A stretch of 64,000 bases of DNA from Eledone cirrhosa (GCA_964016885.1 OZ024741.1:184450001-184514000), one strand, 5' to 3'. Positions 27,325 to 41,745 are shown, counted from the first letter of the stretch. Numbers and translations are program-made. Notes: a model not told the origin generated them from the sequence alone.

Positions 27325-27450
27325 GTACCTCAGTCGTGCCCCGCACATATAATTGCAAATGCATTACCGCGGAGAATGGCCAGAGACACCCGCTGTAACA
27401 GCCTCCTCAAGCGAGTCGCCAAGCCTGAAATGTTTTCTCTAGTACTTTAG
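27325..27450 (-). mobile_element. Short 3' fragment of a CRE/RLE-type non-LTR element
   Basis: Minus strand reads LLQRVSLAILRGNAFAI, resembling the conserved QRxSxAIQRGNA C-terminal motif. Confidence 0.55.
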
Positions 27451-27597
27451 GGTAAGGATAATCTGACTCTTCGAATGAAATCCTATTTTAATGTATGACA
27501 GAATGCAGTATATATTTAATCCAGTGCATAGAAAAAATAAGCAGAAATACTAATGTGGAGAAGGGAAAAGAGAATTAATTCATACACTAATATTATT

Positions 27598-28500
27598 TTC
27601 GGTAGAAAGTCGGACGCCATGCTTTCCAGCATAGTTACGTCCCTTTGCGATCTGAATTCAAATCCCGCCGAGGTTCACTTTGCCTTTCATCCTTACGGGG
27701 TCGATAAAATAAAGTACCGGTAACGCACTGGGTAATTGCTGGCCTTGTGCCTAAAGTAGAAACAATTATTTTATTGGCAGTATCGGTAGAGGGTCGGGCG
27801 CCATGCTTTGACGCATAGAGTTACGGCCCTTGCCATTCTGAGTTCAAATCCCGCCGAGGTTAACTTTGCCTTTCATCCTTACGGGGTCGATAAAATAAAG
27901 TACCAGTAATACACTGGTTGATTGCTGGCCTTGTGCCAAAAGTAGAAATAATTATTTTAATAATTGTTTCTACTTGTTGGTACAAGGCCAGCAATTATCC
28001 CACTGTATTACTGGTACTTTATTTTATCGACCCTGTAAGGATGAAAGGTAAAGTTAACCTCGGCGGGATTTGAACTCAGATCGCAAAGGGTGTCCGACTC
28101 TCTACCGATACTGCCAATCCACCGCCCGGATTGACTTTGCCTTTCATCCTTACGGTGTCGATAAATATAGTGCCAGTAATGCACTAGGGTCGGTTTAATC
28201 GACTTTCCCCTTCCCCCAAAATTGTTGGCCTCGTGCCTAAATCAGAAACCATTATTATATCCCGCTGAAGTTAACTTTGTCTTTCATCCTTACGGGGTCG
28301 ATAAAATAAAGTACCAGTAATACACTGGGATAATTGCTGGCCTTGTGCCAAAAAGTAGAAACAATTATTAAAATAATTGTTTCTTCTTTAGGCACAAGGC
28401 CAGCAATTATCCCAGTGTATTACTGGTTCTTATTTTATCGACCCCGTAAGGGTGACAGGCAAAGTTTACCTTGGGATGATTTGAACTCAAAACGTAAAGG
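27598..28500. mobile_element. Cluster of ~6 SINE copies in mixed orientation (+,+,-,+,+,-)
   Basis: A-box tggcagtatcggtag, B-box gagttcaaatccc, core and ATT tails repeated; tail-to-tail junctions at ~27958 and ~28371. Confidence 0.92.
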
Positions 28501-28701
28501 ATAATATTATCAGCGAATATTTGAGACAAATCTAGACATGTTTCGGTGGTATGAAACCTCCACCATTCTTGCCGAATCAGTGATGACAAAGCAGTAAGGA
28601 GAATTAAAATGTTGTAAAACCAGTAGATGTATGAAATTAGCTTATTAAAGAAAATCATTGGAGTTGGTTAATCAGAATCAGTATTCGATTAAAAATCAAT
28701 A

Positions 28702-28711
28702 GCTGCTGCTG

Positions 28712-28788
<77 letters not shown>

Positions 28789-28862
28789 CTTCTTCTTCTT
28801 CTTCTTCTTCTTCTTCTTCTTCTTCTTCTTCTTCTTCTTCTTCTTCTTCTTCTTCTTCTTCT
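28702..28862. repeat. Compound trinucleotide repeat (GCT)n(GTT)n(CTT)n
   Basis: Direct reading. Confidence 0.95.
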
Positions 28863-29216
28863 TTCACACCCTATCACACACTCTATCTCTGGAAGTAATT
28901 AATTCATGTTGCCAACGACTGAACTAACCAGAATATTTACATATAATAGCGAAGCATAACATACGATTACTAAAACTCGCTAGGCTCTCCACGCTTTTCG
29001 CTCTCCTTATTATCTATCTATCTCTCCCTCCCCCCTCTCTCTCTATCTCCCTCTCTTTCCCTCGTTCTCTCTTCCTATACATATAGGTAAAGAGAAAGAG
29101 AGCACACAAAGGAAATTCCGGAAAAAAGGAGACTCACGTTTGGCATTGATAAAGAATATATTAATCCCTACTATGGTACTGAATACTTATTCTCGCAACC
29201 GTCTCTCTCCTTCTCG

Positions 29217-29313
<97 letters not shown>

Positions 29314-29707
29314 AAGAGAGAGACACGCACCGACAAAGAGAGAAACAGACAGATAGACACACACACACACACACACGCGCACGCACACACACACATAAAC
29401 ACACACACATATAATATAGCTCTATGTGTGTGTGTGTGTGTGCTGTCTGCTTTAGTCTTTTATCTAGAGATCTATTCAGTCTAGACACAATAAACCCGAT
29501 CCTTTTACGCCTCAAGCTACAATTTTATTATTTATTATTCACTTTTATTAACTTTTTTACATTTTCTTCTTTGCTTTCCTCCTTTTTTGATTTCGTTGTT
29601 GCTGTTGTAAACCTACATTTTCTCTTATTCTTCCCGTCTTCTTCATTGTTTTACATATTTTATGTTTCTCAAACATAAGAAAGAAGACATTTAAACACAC
29701 ACGTTTT

Positions 29708-29752
<45 letters not shown>

Positions 29753-30008
29753 AAATACATATATAAAGAATATATATATATATATATACGAGATATATAC
29801 ACACAAATATACACACTCATGTATAAAACCACATGCACACGTACAGATATTCATACAGACACACTAACACACACAAGACGCACATATACATATAGATTAA
29901 ACAGTATGGCACATGAAAAGTAAATAAAGATGTGTGCTTTATAATATACATAGAATTCAACATATATTTTTACCCATATGTCTATATAAATATATATATA
30001 TATATATC

Positions 30009-30102
<94 letters not shown>

Positions 30103-30124
30103 TAGATAGATAGATATATATACA

Positions 30125-30250
<126 letters not shown>

Positions 30251-30490
30251 GGGGTTGTAACGTTCAGTTATTGTAGGTTCAGCAGAGTGAGCACTCGATG
30301 CGTAGTTTCCAGTGAGTATAGAGATGTCGTACTAAGCAGAGTGTAACACTGATAATATGAAGGGCAATTTGTTAGGTCTTCAATACGTTTATGGAGTAGT
30401 GACGCGCGTTTCGCTATTGATCAGCTCAAGGATCAATCTGTATCGATCTAGCCCGACTCTGGAATCAAAAGCTCGTACTTCTGTTAAGGT

Positions 30491-31490
30491 TACCGGCATG
30501 TTTCAAAACGTTCCCGGACTAGTTATGTTTTTTTTAAATAATATATTTTTGCCTTTCATCCTTACGGGGTGGATAAAATAAAGTACCAGTAATGCACTGG
30601 GATAATTGCTGGCCTTGTGCCAAAAGTAGAAATAATATATTTACCTAAGTTTCAACGCTATCTCCTTCGAAATAGTCACCTCATCCAGCAATACACCGGT
30701 CTCAGTGTTCCTGCCATTTTTGGAATCCAGTCTGGAAGTCGTTTTCTGTAAGTAAGTCGAGAACCTTCTGAGATTCGCTCTGGATCTCCCCAACGGTGTT
30801 AAACCGCGACATTTGAGCTGCATTTTCAGCTTGCAGAAGAGACGGGATTTTGCAGGTGCTAAATCTGGTGAATAGAGTGGTTGCGAAAGTGATACCATTT
30901 TATTTTGGGCGAGAAACTAACGTGTGAGGAGAACTTGGTGGCAGAGTACATTGTCGTCGTGTTCAATTCAGACGTTAGGATTGCCTGGACGGACCCCATA
31001 CTACAGACTACATATCAGCAATATCGTTGATTGTCCTCCGACGATCCACATGCACAAGCTGCTTAGTTTTCTGAACATTTCCAATGGTAATACTCGTGGC
31101 AGATCTTTCGGATCGCTCGTCATCTTCCAGGGACCTTGTTTCGCTTGTGAAGTGCCTGTGCTACTCGAAACATTGCGTATGATTGCCTCATCACCGTAAG
31201 ATTGCCGAAGCATGCTCAATGTCACTGTAGCAGACTTCCCACGTTGAACGCAAAATTCCACGTTGGCTCTTTGTGCCAACTTCCTGTTCACGACCAAATC
31301 GTAGGCTACAGCATACACGTGATTACAAAAAAAACAAATTTCACAACTTGCGAAGTGAACGCAGCAATGTCACTCGGCAGACTGGCACATGGAAGTCACT
31401 GTTAGCCGTCGCTGCACGCGCAACCTTTTGTTACCATCTGTTGGTGCGCAACAGATCTAATCCGGTAACGTTTGGATACCACCCCGTGTA
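30491..31490 (-). mobile_element. Mariner (Tc1/mariner) transposon remnant, internally deleted, with a SINE fragment at ~30548-30640
   Basis: YSPDLAP motif, C-terminal YFEGD-like end, N-terminal QRANVEFCVQRGKSATVTLSMLRQSYGDEA HTH; imperfect TIRs tcaaaacgttcccggactag (left) vs ctaatccggtaacgtttgga (right); TA at the ends. Confidence 0.85.
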
Positions 31491-32161
31491 TTTAATTAGT
31501 TTTAATCGGCAGGTGACAATGACATGTTAGAAAGGATACCAGTTCTTATATTCACCAGTGTCGGCAAAATATTCTCAACTGCCTAAATCCTTTGAGACCA
31601 GTAAAAATGTGATCCCTGTATGATTAAAATATATATGCACTTGATAAAGGTGAAGTATGTATTTCTGATAAACAGATAGATCCAAATCCTGGAAAAGGAT
31701 ATAGGGAATGTGTATGTTTTATATTACATATCTTTTGTTTATTCTATTTATGAATATTCATAGAATAACATTTTAGTTTTTCAATTCCTTCAATTTCGTT
31801 GAGCCCTTTACTAAAAACTGGGTTAACGTTTTCCCAACGAAATATATGTTCCTCTCACGATTTTAAGCTATCTATTTATCTATCTACTTATATTGTTACT
31901 ATACTATATATATATATATAAATAAAACAAATTGTTTTTGTTTTTAGATACACATATATTCATGAAGCTATATATTCACACAAAACGCTCTTTATATGTA
32001 CCAACATGCTATGAAGGTCGGACGGAATGTGTTCCGGCACGTTGTATGTTATCTACATTAAAATCTTTTGGGGGACATGAAACCAGCCGGTAACCTTAAC
32101 TAATGTTATGTAATATAGTTATTTATAACTAAACCCTCTCTCTTTCTTTCTCTCTGTATAT

Positions 32162-32266
<105 letters not shown>

Positions 32267-32786
32267 ATTTCCCATCGTCGAAGACGCTTCGCTTTTGAGG
32301 AATCACGTCGATTTTGACAACCAAAGTTTCAAACAAAAAGGATAAACAAGAAATGTCTCGTTATTAATATTTGCTAGTAAACCCTTTTAACATATCACAG
32401 TTTTACCTCTTTTGTCACTTAATCATGTTCCCTTAAAATCCGGTTTTTTGAAGAGAAGAGAGTGAAAATACCGACAATGTTGAAAGTAGCATGTAAAAAT
32501 ATCACACGAAAGTTGTCTCGTCTACCAATACGGGAATGATTTTTTGTGATTGCGTATATATTTATATTTTTTGTATGATATTTTTGTTTATTTACTAATA
32601 TAACTAAGTATAATTTATATATTTTATTGAGAGGTTCATATGCAAAAGTTTAGATTACTGTCTAGCATATATAATTTTCTCCTGCGGTTAGAATATGCCT
32701 ATGAAAAACGTAACCTCCGGCCTCCAAAACGCGAGGTAGATTTTCGAGACACATTTCAGGAAAAAATAACGCCGGTAAATACGGTA

Positions 32787-32824
<38 letters not shown>

Positions 32825-33759
32825 TGTGTCTGTATATATGTATATACACCCCACCGCCACTTACACACCCATATATATATAACTGTGTGTATCTCTGTGT
32901 GTGTAATGATGATGTGTGTGCGTGTGTCTATCTATGTATATATAAATGTATGTATGCAAGCAGACAGACTGACAAACAATGCATGGAGGTTCGTAAAACT
33001 GTCAGAAGCTTCCAGAACGCTATAACACCTATCATTTTGTGAAGAAGCTTTTAAAAGCAGGTGTCTTTGAAACAAACTTCCGCTGTCACTAAAAGTTGTC
33101 TGTCAATTTCATTTTACTTTCCGACAGTACATTTTCAATTGACAAAGAGGGCAAAAGGTTCAAACACAATGAAGGATTTCATTAAAATCTGAGTTTCTCG
33201 CTAAAGATAAAAAAAAACTATTGATATTTAGATAAATTAGTATGTGCGCAGACACGCAGTTACACACACACTCACACATACACACATACCTACACACAAA
33301 TACACATAGACACACACACACACACACATACACACATACCTACACACAAATACACACAGACACAGACACACACACACACATATATATATATATATTGAGG
33401 GAGTGTGAGAGTGAGAGGGAGAGAGAGATGGGGGGGGGGGGAGATGATAGTTAGGCAGATAACAGTAGTTTGAAATGTAAATCCAAATGTAGATAATTAG
33501 ATATAAAATCATGTAAGTAGATAAAACGAGAGGAAGAAAGATATGTTTGGAGACACACGCGCGCTCACACACACACACACACACACGCACACATGCTCAC
33601 ACACAGACAGACAGACACAAACACACACACACACACGTATATATATGTAGAAGTTCTATTTAAGTTGTTGGGATACAACAAGCAAATATTTTTATAACTG
33701 ATATAAAGCACTCAACAAATTATTGGAGTAAATATATATATATACATAATGATAATAAT

Positions 33760-33925
33760 AAATATTTCTACTTTTGGCACAAGGCCAGCAATTACTTCAG
33801 TGTATTACTGGTACTTTATTTTATCGACCCCGTAAGGATGAAAAGCAATGTTAACCTGGACGGGATTTGAACTCAGAATGGCAAGGGATGTAACTCTATG
33901 CGTCAAAGTATGACGTCCGATCCTT
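33760..33925 (-). mobile_element. SINE copy within TAA repeats
   Basis: Core and tail match; taataataa on both flanks. Confidence 0.88.
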
Positions 33926-34039
33926 AGTAATAATATTAATAATAATAATATGAGTGTAACCGAAGTTGCAACTGCACTGTTGCAGAAGTCAATCGAATTA
34001 TACAAGGCAGTCACGCAGCACTGAGTATATATATAAATA

Positions 34040-34172
34040 TAAACAAAGAAAGAGTGGTAAGAAACCAGGTGGACCATAACGCACCAGAATACTCGATACT
34101 TAATTTAGGGTGGATGATAGGAAAAGATTCAGGACCCCTATGGTTGAGCTCCGGCAGTTTCGACAGCTAGGT
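34040..34172 (-). mobile_element. Diverged family A pLTR fragment
   Basis: gtggtaagaaaccaggtggaccataacgcaccaga...gagctccggcagtttcgacagcta matches the reverse complement of 8050-8175. Confidence 0.75.
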
Positions 34173-34249
34173 CCGTTCGGATATATATTTATATAAATAT
34201 ATATTTATATATATCGTAATAATAATAAATATGAAGACTAAAATCGAAA

Positions 34250-34342
<93 letters not shown>

Positions 34343-34370
34343 GCATATATATATACATATATATATATAT

Positions 34371-34462
<92 letters not shown>

Positions 34463-35236
34463 GTATATATATATACTATAGAGTAAAGCATGTTCAGAGA
34501 ATTATTTGATAATATATATATATCATCTCTGCTCCCAATCAGCATAATTAACCACACGAAAAATCAATTAGACCAGGCTATAAGAATAAAAGGCATCTAT
34601 GATGAAACAGTAAATAAATACGCTATCGTGGCGTCTTCGCGTGCAACTGCTATAGAATATTTACCCAACATTTCAACAGTACGTGGAAATTAATTAAATA
34701 TACGGTCAACCATACATAATTAGGTAGAAATTAATGTTAGAAATGCTTATATACATACCAGGATTAAATCACTAAATCCCATGGGATTTAGTGATTTATA
34801 TATATTATCAAATAATTCTCTGGACATGTTTTACTCTATAGTATTTTGCTCTGATTATTTAATTTATTAATTCTCCATTGAGCCACATCGTGAAAAGTTG
34901 CCAAAACACATATATACCTGTGACTTTGTTTAATTGGTGTATGTGTAAATATATATATATATATATATATAATATAACTTAGAGTTTACACTCAATGGGG
35001 TCATTTACAATTATTTCAGCTCTAAGAATCGCTTCTGAGCAGTATAAATTAATATATAATAAACATTTACATGTTTTAGTTGCAATTAACTAATAAAATA
35101 GTTAGAATGAAATATCTTAATTCAAATACATATAGTTTGCCTGTACGATCTAAAAAATAATAAATCAATACTCACAAACCCGTATGGGCAAAAGGCCCAT
35201 TTTATTAGTCAATTGCAACTAAAACATGTAAATGTT

Positions 35237-35287
<51 letters not shown>

Positions 35288-36406
35288 GAAGGTACATTTA
35301 AATATCGTCAGCTAAGCCCGAATGAAGCCCATCGTAGTCAGTTGGCCTACTCGAAATAACCATCGAATCTTCCTCAAATTTCACCATATTCCCTCGAAAA
35401 AGAAAAGCTCTTTGGACAATATGAGTCCTCATTACCAATTTGGTTTCTCTATTCCAGAATTTTTAGCAAGAAATATATCAGTAATCATAACATTCTGAAA
35501 TTTAAAAAAATTCAACATCTTTCCTACTTGTTGGCAAATTTTGAAGCTATATTTCTCATGGTATTATTTGTATACGAAATAGTTAAACAGAGATACATAT
35601 ATACATATATGTTCAGTATGCCCTGATTTGTTACATGGTGTTCTCTCTTATGTATACACATTTCGAATATTTACAGACGCCGTTATTGTGTGTCGATGCG
35701 GTTTGATTTATAGACATCTCTGTTCTAAGAAATTAACAGATCATGTTTCACATATTAATTATTTTCCGAATGGAGAACGCCAAATGAAACATCATTTCAA
35801 CATTTGATATGTTCATGAGACCGAATCTCCATCACGTAGGAAAATGACTGACTTTTATGAATCGAAGAATTATATTCACTGAATATTTTTACAGAATATT
35901 ACTTAGAGTAATCGATCAACGATTCTATGATACTGCGTGACTAAATGGAACGTTTCTAATACGTAATAGTGTGAAATGGAAAACCTCAGTTAAATTAGAT
36001 TATCATAGTAATTAGATGATAACATCTCTTGCTAGGATTGCGTAACATCTAAAACGGCAAACAAGGGAAATAACAACAATATCAACATAAAATGCATGAA
36101 TCAGATAATCCAAATTTTTGGTAAATATATCTAAAGCGAGTCGTGCTAAATTTTGAATCTTAAACAAACTGGTGAAACAAAGCTACATTTCCACGAAGAA
36201 TGGTAAATTAAAAATTATCTGGCTTACTACATTCTTAATTGTACCTTCTATTCTATTGTGAGAGGAAATATTACAAATCAAGATGTACGTAATGTTCTAA
36301 GATATTTCTTGGGGTACACACACAGACATACAGACACATTCGGAAACACACACACACACACACAAACAGACACACAGACACACAGACACACACAAACATA
36401 CACACA

Positions 36407-36479
<73 letters not shown>

Positions 36480-36510
36480 AATGAAAACTATATATATAAA
36501 ACCATATTTA

Positions 36511-36567
36511 TTTTATTATATATATTTTAAGGGTACCAAAACTTTGGTACCCTCTCATCAGATAAAA
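36511..36567 (-). ncRNA. Hammerhead ribozyme family B (GAAA mutated to AAAA)
   Basis: Minus strand: ttttat-CTGATGA-gagggtaccaaa gt tttggtaccctt-AAAA-TATATA-TA-ataaaa; perfect helix I and long helix II. Confidence 0.75.
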
Positions 36568-37218
36568 TACAAAATTTGTTTTATAAATGTTGACATACCC
36601 ATGAAACCAGACCTTATCGGTTCAGGTTCAGTTTGGATAGTGAAAGTAACATTTCAAATCCTTAGGATGAATATGTAAATGAGGTTGAAAAGTAAGGCTG
36701 AAAAAAGATCGTTATATTTAGGCGCTAGGTAAATTTAAATAATTATTAGGATAATTTATAAGAGTCATTTATAAAAGGAAAAAAGAGAGGCTAATATTAA
36801 TGTTATGGTGTAAGAAAATTTAAGGAATGATTATAAGAAAAAAGTATAGTTAGAAATACACTATTGTTATTAAGATAAAATTGTATGGATCATATCAGTG
36901 ATGGTGTAAAGACAGTGATATAATTATATTTAATTATTTAATTATATAATCATATATTTTTGTAGTATCTATAAAATAATATGAGAGTTAAGAATGTATT
37001 GAAGTGGTGAAATACCAAATACTGTTACAAATAAATTTGTTGGTTAACCAACAAATTAAATACCTTTTTACATACATGCACATATATATATATGTACGTA
37101 TGGGTTTACCGAACATTTATTATAGTGCTCGGTTTGTTTGTAAACAAACATCCCGAATTATTAGCCGTACAGTGTTCGGCAACCATCGTTGACCTCTTGT
37201 TCAACACTGACAAAGGAA

Positions 37219-37259
37219 CGATGAACTAGTTTCTAGCTGATTAGCTGTCATCAGCACCG
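37219..37259 (-). ncRNA. Minimal hammerhead ribozyme
   Basis: Minus strand: cggtg-CTGATGA-c-agct aatc agct-a-GAAA-CTAG-TT-catcg. Confidence 0.8.
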
Positions 37260-37919
37260 TATACCTTCCTGTCAGTCGATTGAACGTTTGAAAGTATATA
37301 CTTGCCTTATGCATATTAATGGCTGAGCAGCCTAATTTGCATATCGAGTAAGTTAATCGGTCGGGTGTACCGAAAACGATAAATGGAAAAAATGAAATTT
37401 CATTTCTCACTCTTAGTACGGTTGATACTTAAATATAAGTATGTATACGTACATACATGTATGTATACGGACGTACAGTAGTATGTATATACATACATAT
37501 CTGCACGCATATATATATATATGTACGTTTGGGTTTACCGAACATTTATTATAATGCTCGGTTTGTTTGTAAACAAACATCCCGAATTATTAGCCGTATA
37601 TATATGTACGTATGGGTTTACCTAATTATAATAAATGTTCGGTAAACCCATACGTACATATATATATATATGTGCATGTTTGTATGTATATACATACTAC
37701 TGTTCGTCTGTATACATATATGTATGTACGTATACATACTTATATTTATGTATCAGCCGTACTAAGAGTGAAAAATGAAATTTCATTTTTTCCATTTATC
37801 GTTTTCGGTACACCCGGCCGATTAACTTACTCAATATGCAAATTAGGCTGCTCAGCCGTTAATTATGCATAAGGAAAGTATATACTTTCAAACGTTCAAT
37901 CGACTGACAGAAAGGTATA

Positions 37920-37960
37920 CGGTGCTGATGACAGCTAATAAGCTAGAAACTAGTTCATCG
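37920..37960 (+). ncRNA. Minimal hammerhead ribozyme
   Basis: cggtg-CTGATGA-c-agct aata agct-a-GAAA-CTAG-TT-catcg; palindromic CUAG helix III loop. Confidence 0.8.
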
Positions 37961-38172
37961 TTCCTTTGTCAGTGTTGAACAAAAGGGCAACGATGGTTGC
38001 CGAACACTGTACGGCTAATAATTCGGGATGTTTGTTTACAAACAAACCGAGCATTATAATAAATGTTCGGTAAACCAATACGTACATATATATATATATA
38101 TATATATGCATGTATGTATATACATACTACTGTACGTCTGTATACATATATGTATGTACGTATACATACTTA

Positions 38173-38233
<61 letters not shown>

Positions 38234-38502
38234 TTACGGTAGCTGTTGATGCAATTCAATTCAAGCACTCTACGCAATTTTTCTACATAGGAATGACGTA
38301 GTATATTTAGAATAAGAAAATACGAGGTAGTCTCAGATGTTAAAGTCCTTTATTGATAAAGCTGTGATACATATTTCAATGACGACAGTGGCCACGCAAT
38401 TCCGCGTACTCAATGCCATGATCTCATCAGACAGCTTCTTACCTAATAAGGTTTCGTTCCCGAGATAATCCAAGTTAAAACGATTAGAGATCGGACGAAG
38501 AC

Positions 38503-38583
38503 GATGTCTCCACAAAATGTATACACACTTCAACAGAATTCTAATAAATATGTGTATACATTTTTTTGTGGGGACACCCTGTA
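38503..38583. mobile_element. ~80-100-bp Tc1/mariner-type MITE
   Basis: TIR-like tgtctccacaaaatgtatacaca / tgtgtatacatttttttgtggggacaccctgta; relatives at 47862-47960 and 61225-61328. Confidence 0.7.
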
Positions 38584-38593
38584 GACACACGTA

Positions 38594-38678
<85 letters not shown>

Positions 38679-38813
38679 GTGTGTGTGTGTGTGTGTATAC
38701 GTATGTATTTGTATATATTATATACATACATATATATATATATATATGTGTATGTATATATATATTTGTGTGTTCTGTTATTATTTCAGGCAATATTCCA
38801 ACAACATGTATAA

Positions 38814-38875
<62 letters not shown>

Positions 38876-39658
38876 ATGTATATTGGTTTATTGAATACAT
38901 AGATGACTGAACATCTAAGGTGTGCTAGGCGAGATAGTATAGCAATTTCACATTGGGGCAAGTAAATAATTTAACAAATATATGAAACTCGTTCTATCCA
39001 TGAAAAAGCGTAGCAAATAAGCAAAAACCTTTGAAGTTACGAATTTTCTTCTCCTTTTATTTATGTGAGTAGTTTTTATTTACATATATATTTGGTAATA
39101 TTACCTCATATAAGCAATTATGAGGTTTGTTTTTCTAGTAACGTTTGTATAAGTAAGTAATTTTGCTATATCAGCATTTTTGAAGAATTTTAACTGCCAG
39201 CATTATTATATTCAAATGTTTACGGAAGCGTATTCTATTCTCCTCTTTGTTCAACTCATAACCATCTTCCAGTGTGTGTATATCTACAGTTGCCATTATG
39301 TCGTCTTCTTCTATCCATTGGGACAATCGAATTGGAATTCCGCATAACACCGATGAAACCAAATTAACATACGGCATTGTGATCAATATCCTATCATCGT
39401 AATAACCATAATACATTTTTCTTCTTTTTTGACTTTAATACCGGAGTGTGGGTCTGATGAGGCACAGCCTGCATTAGTTTATTAGTCAATCATAATGACC
39501 TCATAGAACTTGTTTCTGTTTCTATATTTCGAATAGAAACCAACATATTTTGTTTAATATTATGTTTATTAAACATGACGAAACATGCATACATACGAAA
39601 GTGCATCCAAACACACAAATACACACCCATATATACAAACACACAATCACATATACAT

Positions 39659-39727
<69 letters not shown>

Positions 39728-39779
39728 CAGAGAGAAAGAGAGGGGGAGAGAGAGAAGGAGAGAGAGAGAGAGGGGTAGA

Positions 39780-40870
39780 ACACTGGAAGGTAATATCCGT
39801 AGTGGTGGAACACTCAGTGCATGGGACGAGTTAGGTAGAAGTGGTAACACAACAGTTAGTACACCACACCGAGAACAGTTGTTTAACCTTAGCCGATCCT
39901 CAGCTCGTAATGGTCATGGTTATACGGAATAGGAAGGACAACCGTATGAACGCGCATGCGCAGAAACTGTCACTTCATCCAAGCAATACAAAACGACGGG
40001 CGAGAGGTTTAATGGAGAAAGTCTGAAAAGTAGTTCTAGTTGATAAGAAAATCAGGATGTTATTCAATCCGGAGCTTTGTAGCTATGTAAGAGTTGTTTC
40101 CAGACATGTGGACAACGTGTGGAGATTTCAATTCTCGAGTTTGGGCAATCGCTATTGCGTAATCTCCTTAGAATATTTATCCGTTCATCAATACATAGAC
40201 CACAAGACGGATTGCTCCTTGCGTATGGCTTGGACTTAGTGATGGCTTTCCATTGAATGGAGTAGTCTATACTTGAGTCTTTAAGGGACCATGCGTGGCT
40301 CGCGAGTTTTGTGGATGATCATTTGTCCGGGTACCTAAAGGTCGACTGATGGTTCAGGAAGCATTCCTTAAAACGGCCCTCCGCCATACCCACATAGGAT
40401 TTGAAATCCTGTGGTTGATTTGGTCGGCTGGAGGTGACCACAGCTTCATAAACTACAGCGGGTGTGTTGCATTGCTGTTTAAGGGGACAAGCTTCAGGCT
40501 TTCGGCAAGAGCACCCTGGTGGAGTGCTGCTCTTAGAGCTGTTGGTGATGTGGGCCTTCATATTCTTAGCGCAGGGGTACCCTAGTTTTATTCTGTGTCT
40601 GTTAAAGAAGGAGCGGTATTTGTGACCGATGGGAAAGTGTCAATCTAAGAGGGCTAAACAATTGTTTCGTGCATTAGTTTTAACGTTAAGTGAGAACGGA
40701 GAAGACAACCATATAGTTTGTCTATTGTTTCGATTTCTTTTCTTATTGCTGTTGTTGATATTGGGAGAGTAAGTGATAGGTTGCGAGAAGCCACTGTTAG
40801 CTAACGCCGTGTTATAGTAGGATGCCGCTCTGTCAAAGATAGCCTTATTAGAGGAGAGTTTAAAGATTCT
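39780..40870 (-). mobile_element. PLE 3' remnant: RT-thumb/linker, GIY-YIG and a pLTR with a decayed HHR (39870-39907)
   Basis: LSSNKAIFDRAASYYNTALANSGF, TIWLSSPFSLNVKTN, CSCRKPEACPLKQQC, VVYEAVV...SYVGMAEGRFKE; ORFs 40640-40993 and 40319-40561 share a frame. Confidence 0.85.
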
Positions 40871-41233
40871 AGTACTGATAAGTTTCAGTATCAGTATGTT
40901 ACCCGCCAGTATTCCGATGATTTGATCAGAGGCAAACACTGTATTTAAGGTCAAGTGACTCAACTTCGAGTAATTACCGCCCTTTAGACTCACCTGATCA
41001 CTGAAACAATTGATGATACTATAAATAAAACCCTTTTTGTACAGCCTACCATGTTATTCTTCACTCTTTCACTACTATTACTCCATGAATAATCTGCATG
41101 GCAATTCTCGCGAACTCGCTACCTAACTATGGAAACCTCTTGTTGAGTCAAACAACGCCGTACGTTAAAACTATCCACAATACAGACTACTCACAACCTC
41201 TATCTGAATTACCTAAAACGATGACTTGTTATC

Positions 41234-41435
<202 letters not shown>

Positions 41436-41667
41436 TTTACATTCATTTAAATTATTGACGTATTGTTTTATTGATATTTTTTATCTGTTTGTCCCGAATC
41501 TTCCTCTATCGATTTTAAATCGTATGGTTGATTGTAGACTTGTTCTATATGTGACGGTATTTTAACGATAGTTATAGCTCTGATTCATCTGAATTATTGA
41601 GCCCTCTGCCGCTCATATCGAATCTCGTTTATCGTGAACTCGTGCGCCGATTTTTCGATACTCGATC

Positions 41668-41745
<78 letters not shown>

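Larger units (their letters stand above)
37070..38175. mobile_element. Head-to-head pair of ~1.2-mer copies of a 428-429-bp HHR-containing unit (retrozyme-like)
   Basis: Direct-repeat period 428 on the right arm (37631/38059) and 429 on the left arm (37111/37540); arms are reverse complements joined near 37625. Confidence 0.85.

Noticed and set aside
31510-31620. Possible host exon after an acceptor-like cag
   Set aside because: Stops or no recognisable protein in the frames read on either strand
39452-39500. CTGATGAG as a hammerhead core
   Set aside because: No helix II followed by GAAA and no helix I partner found
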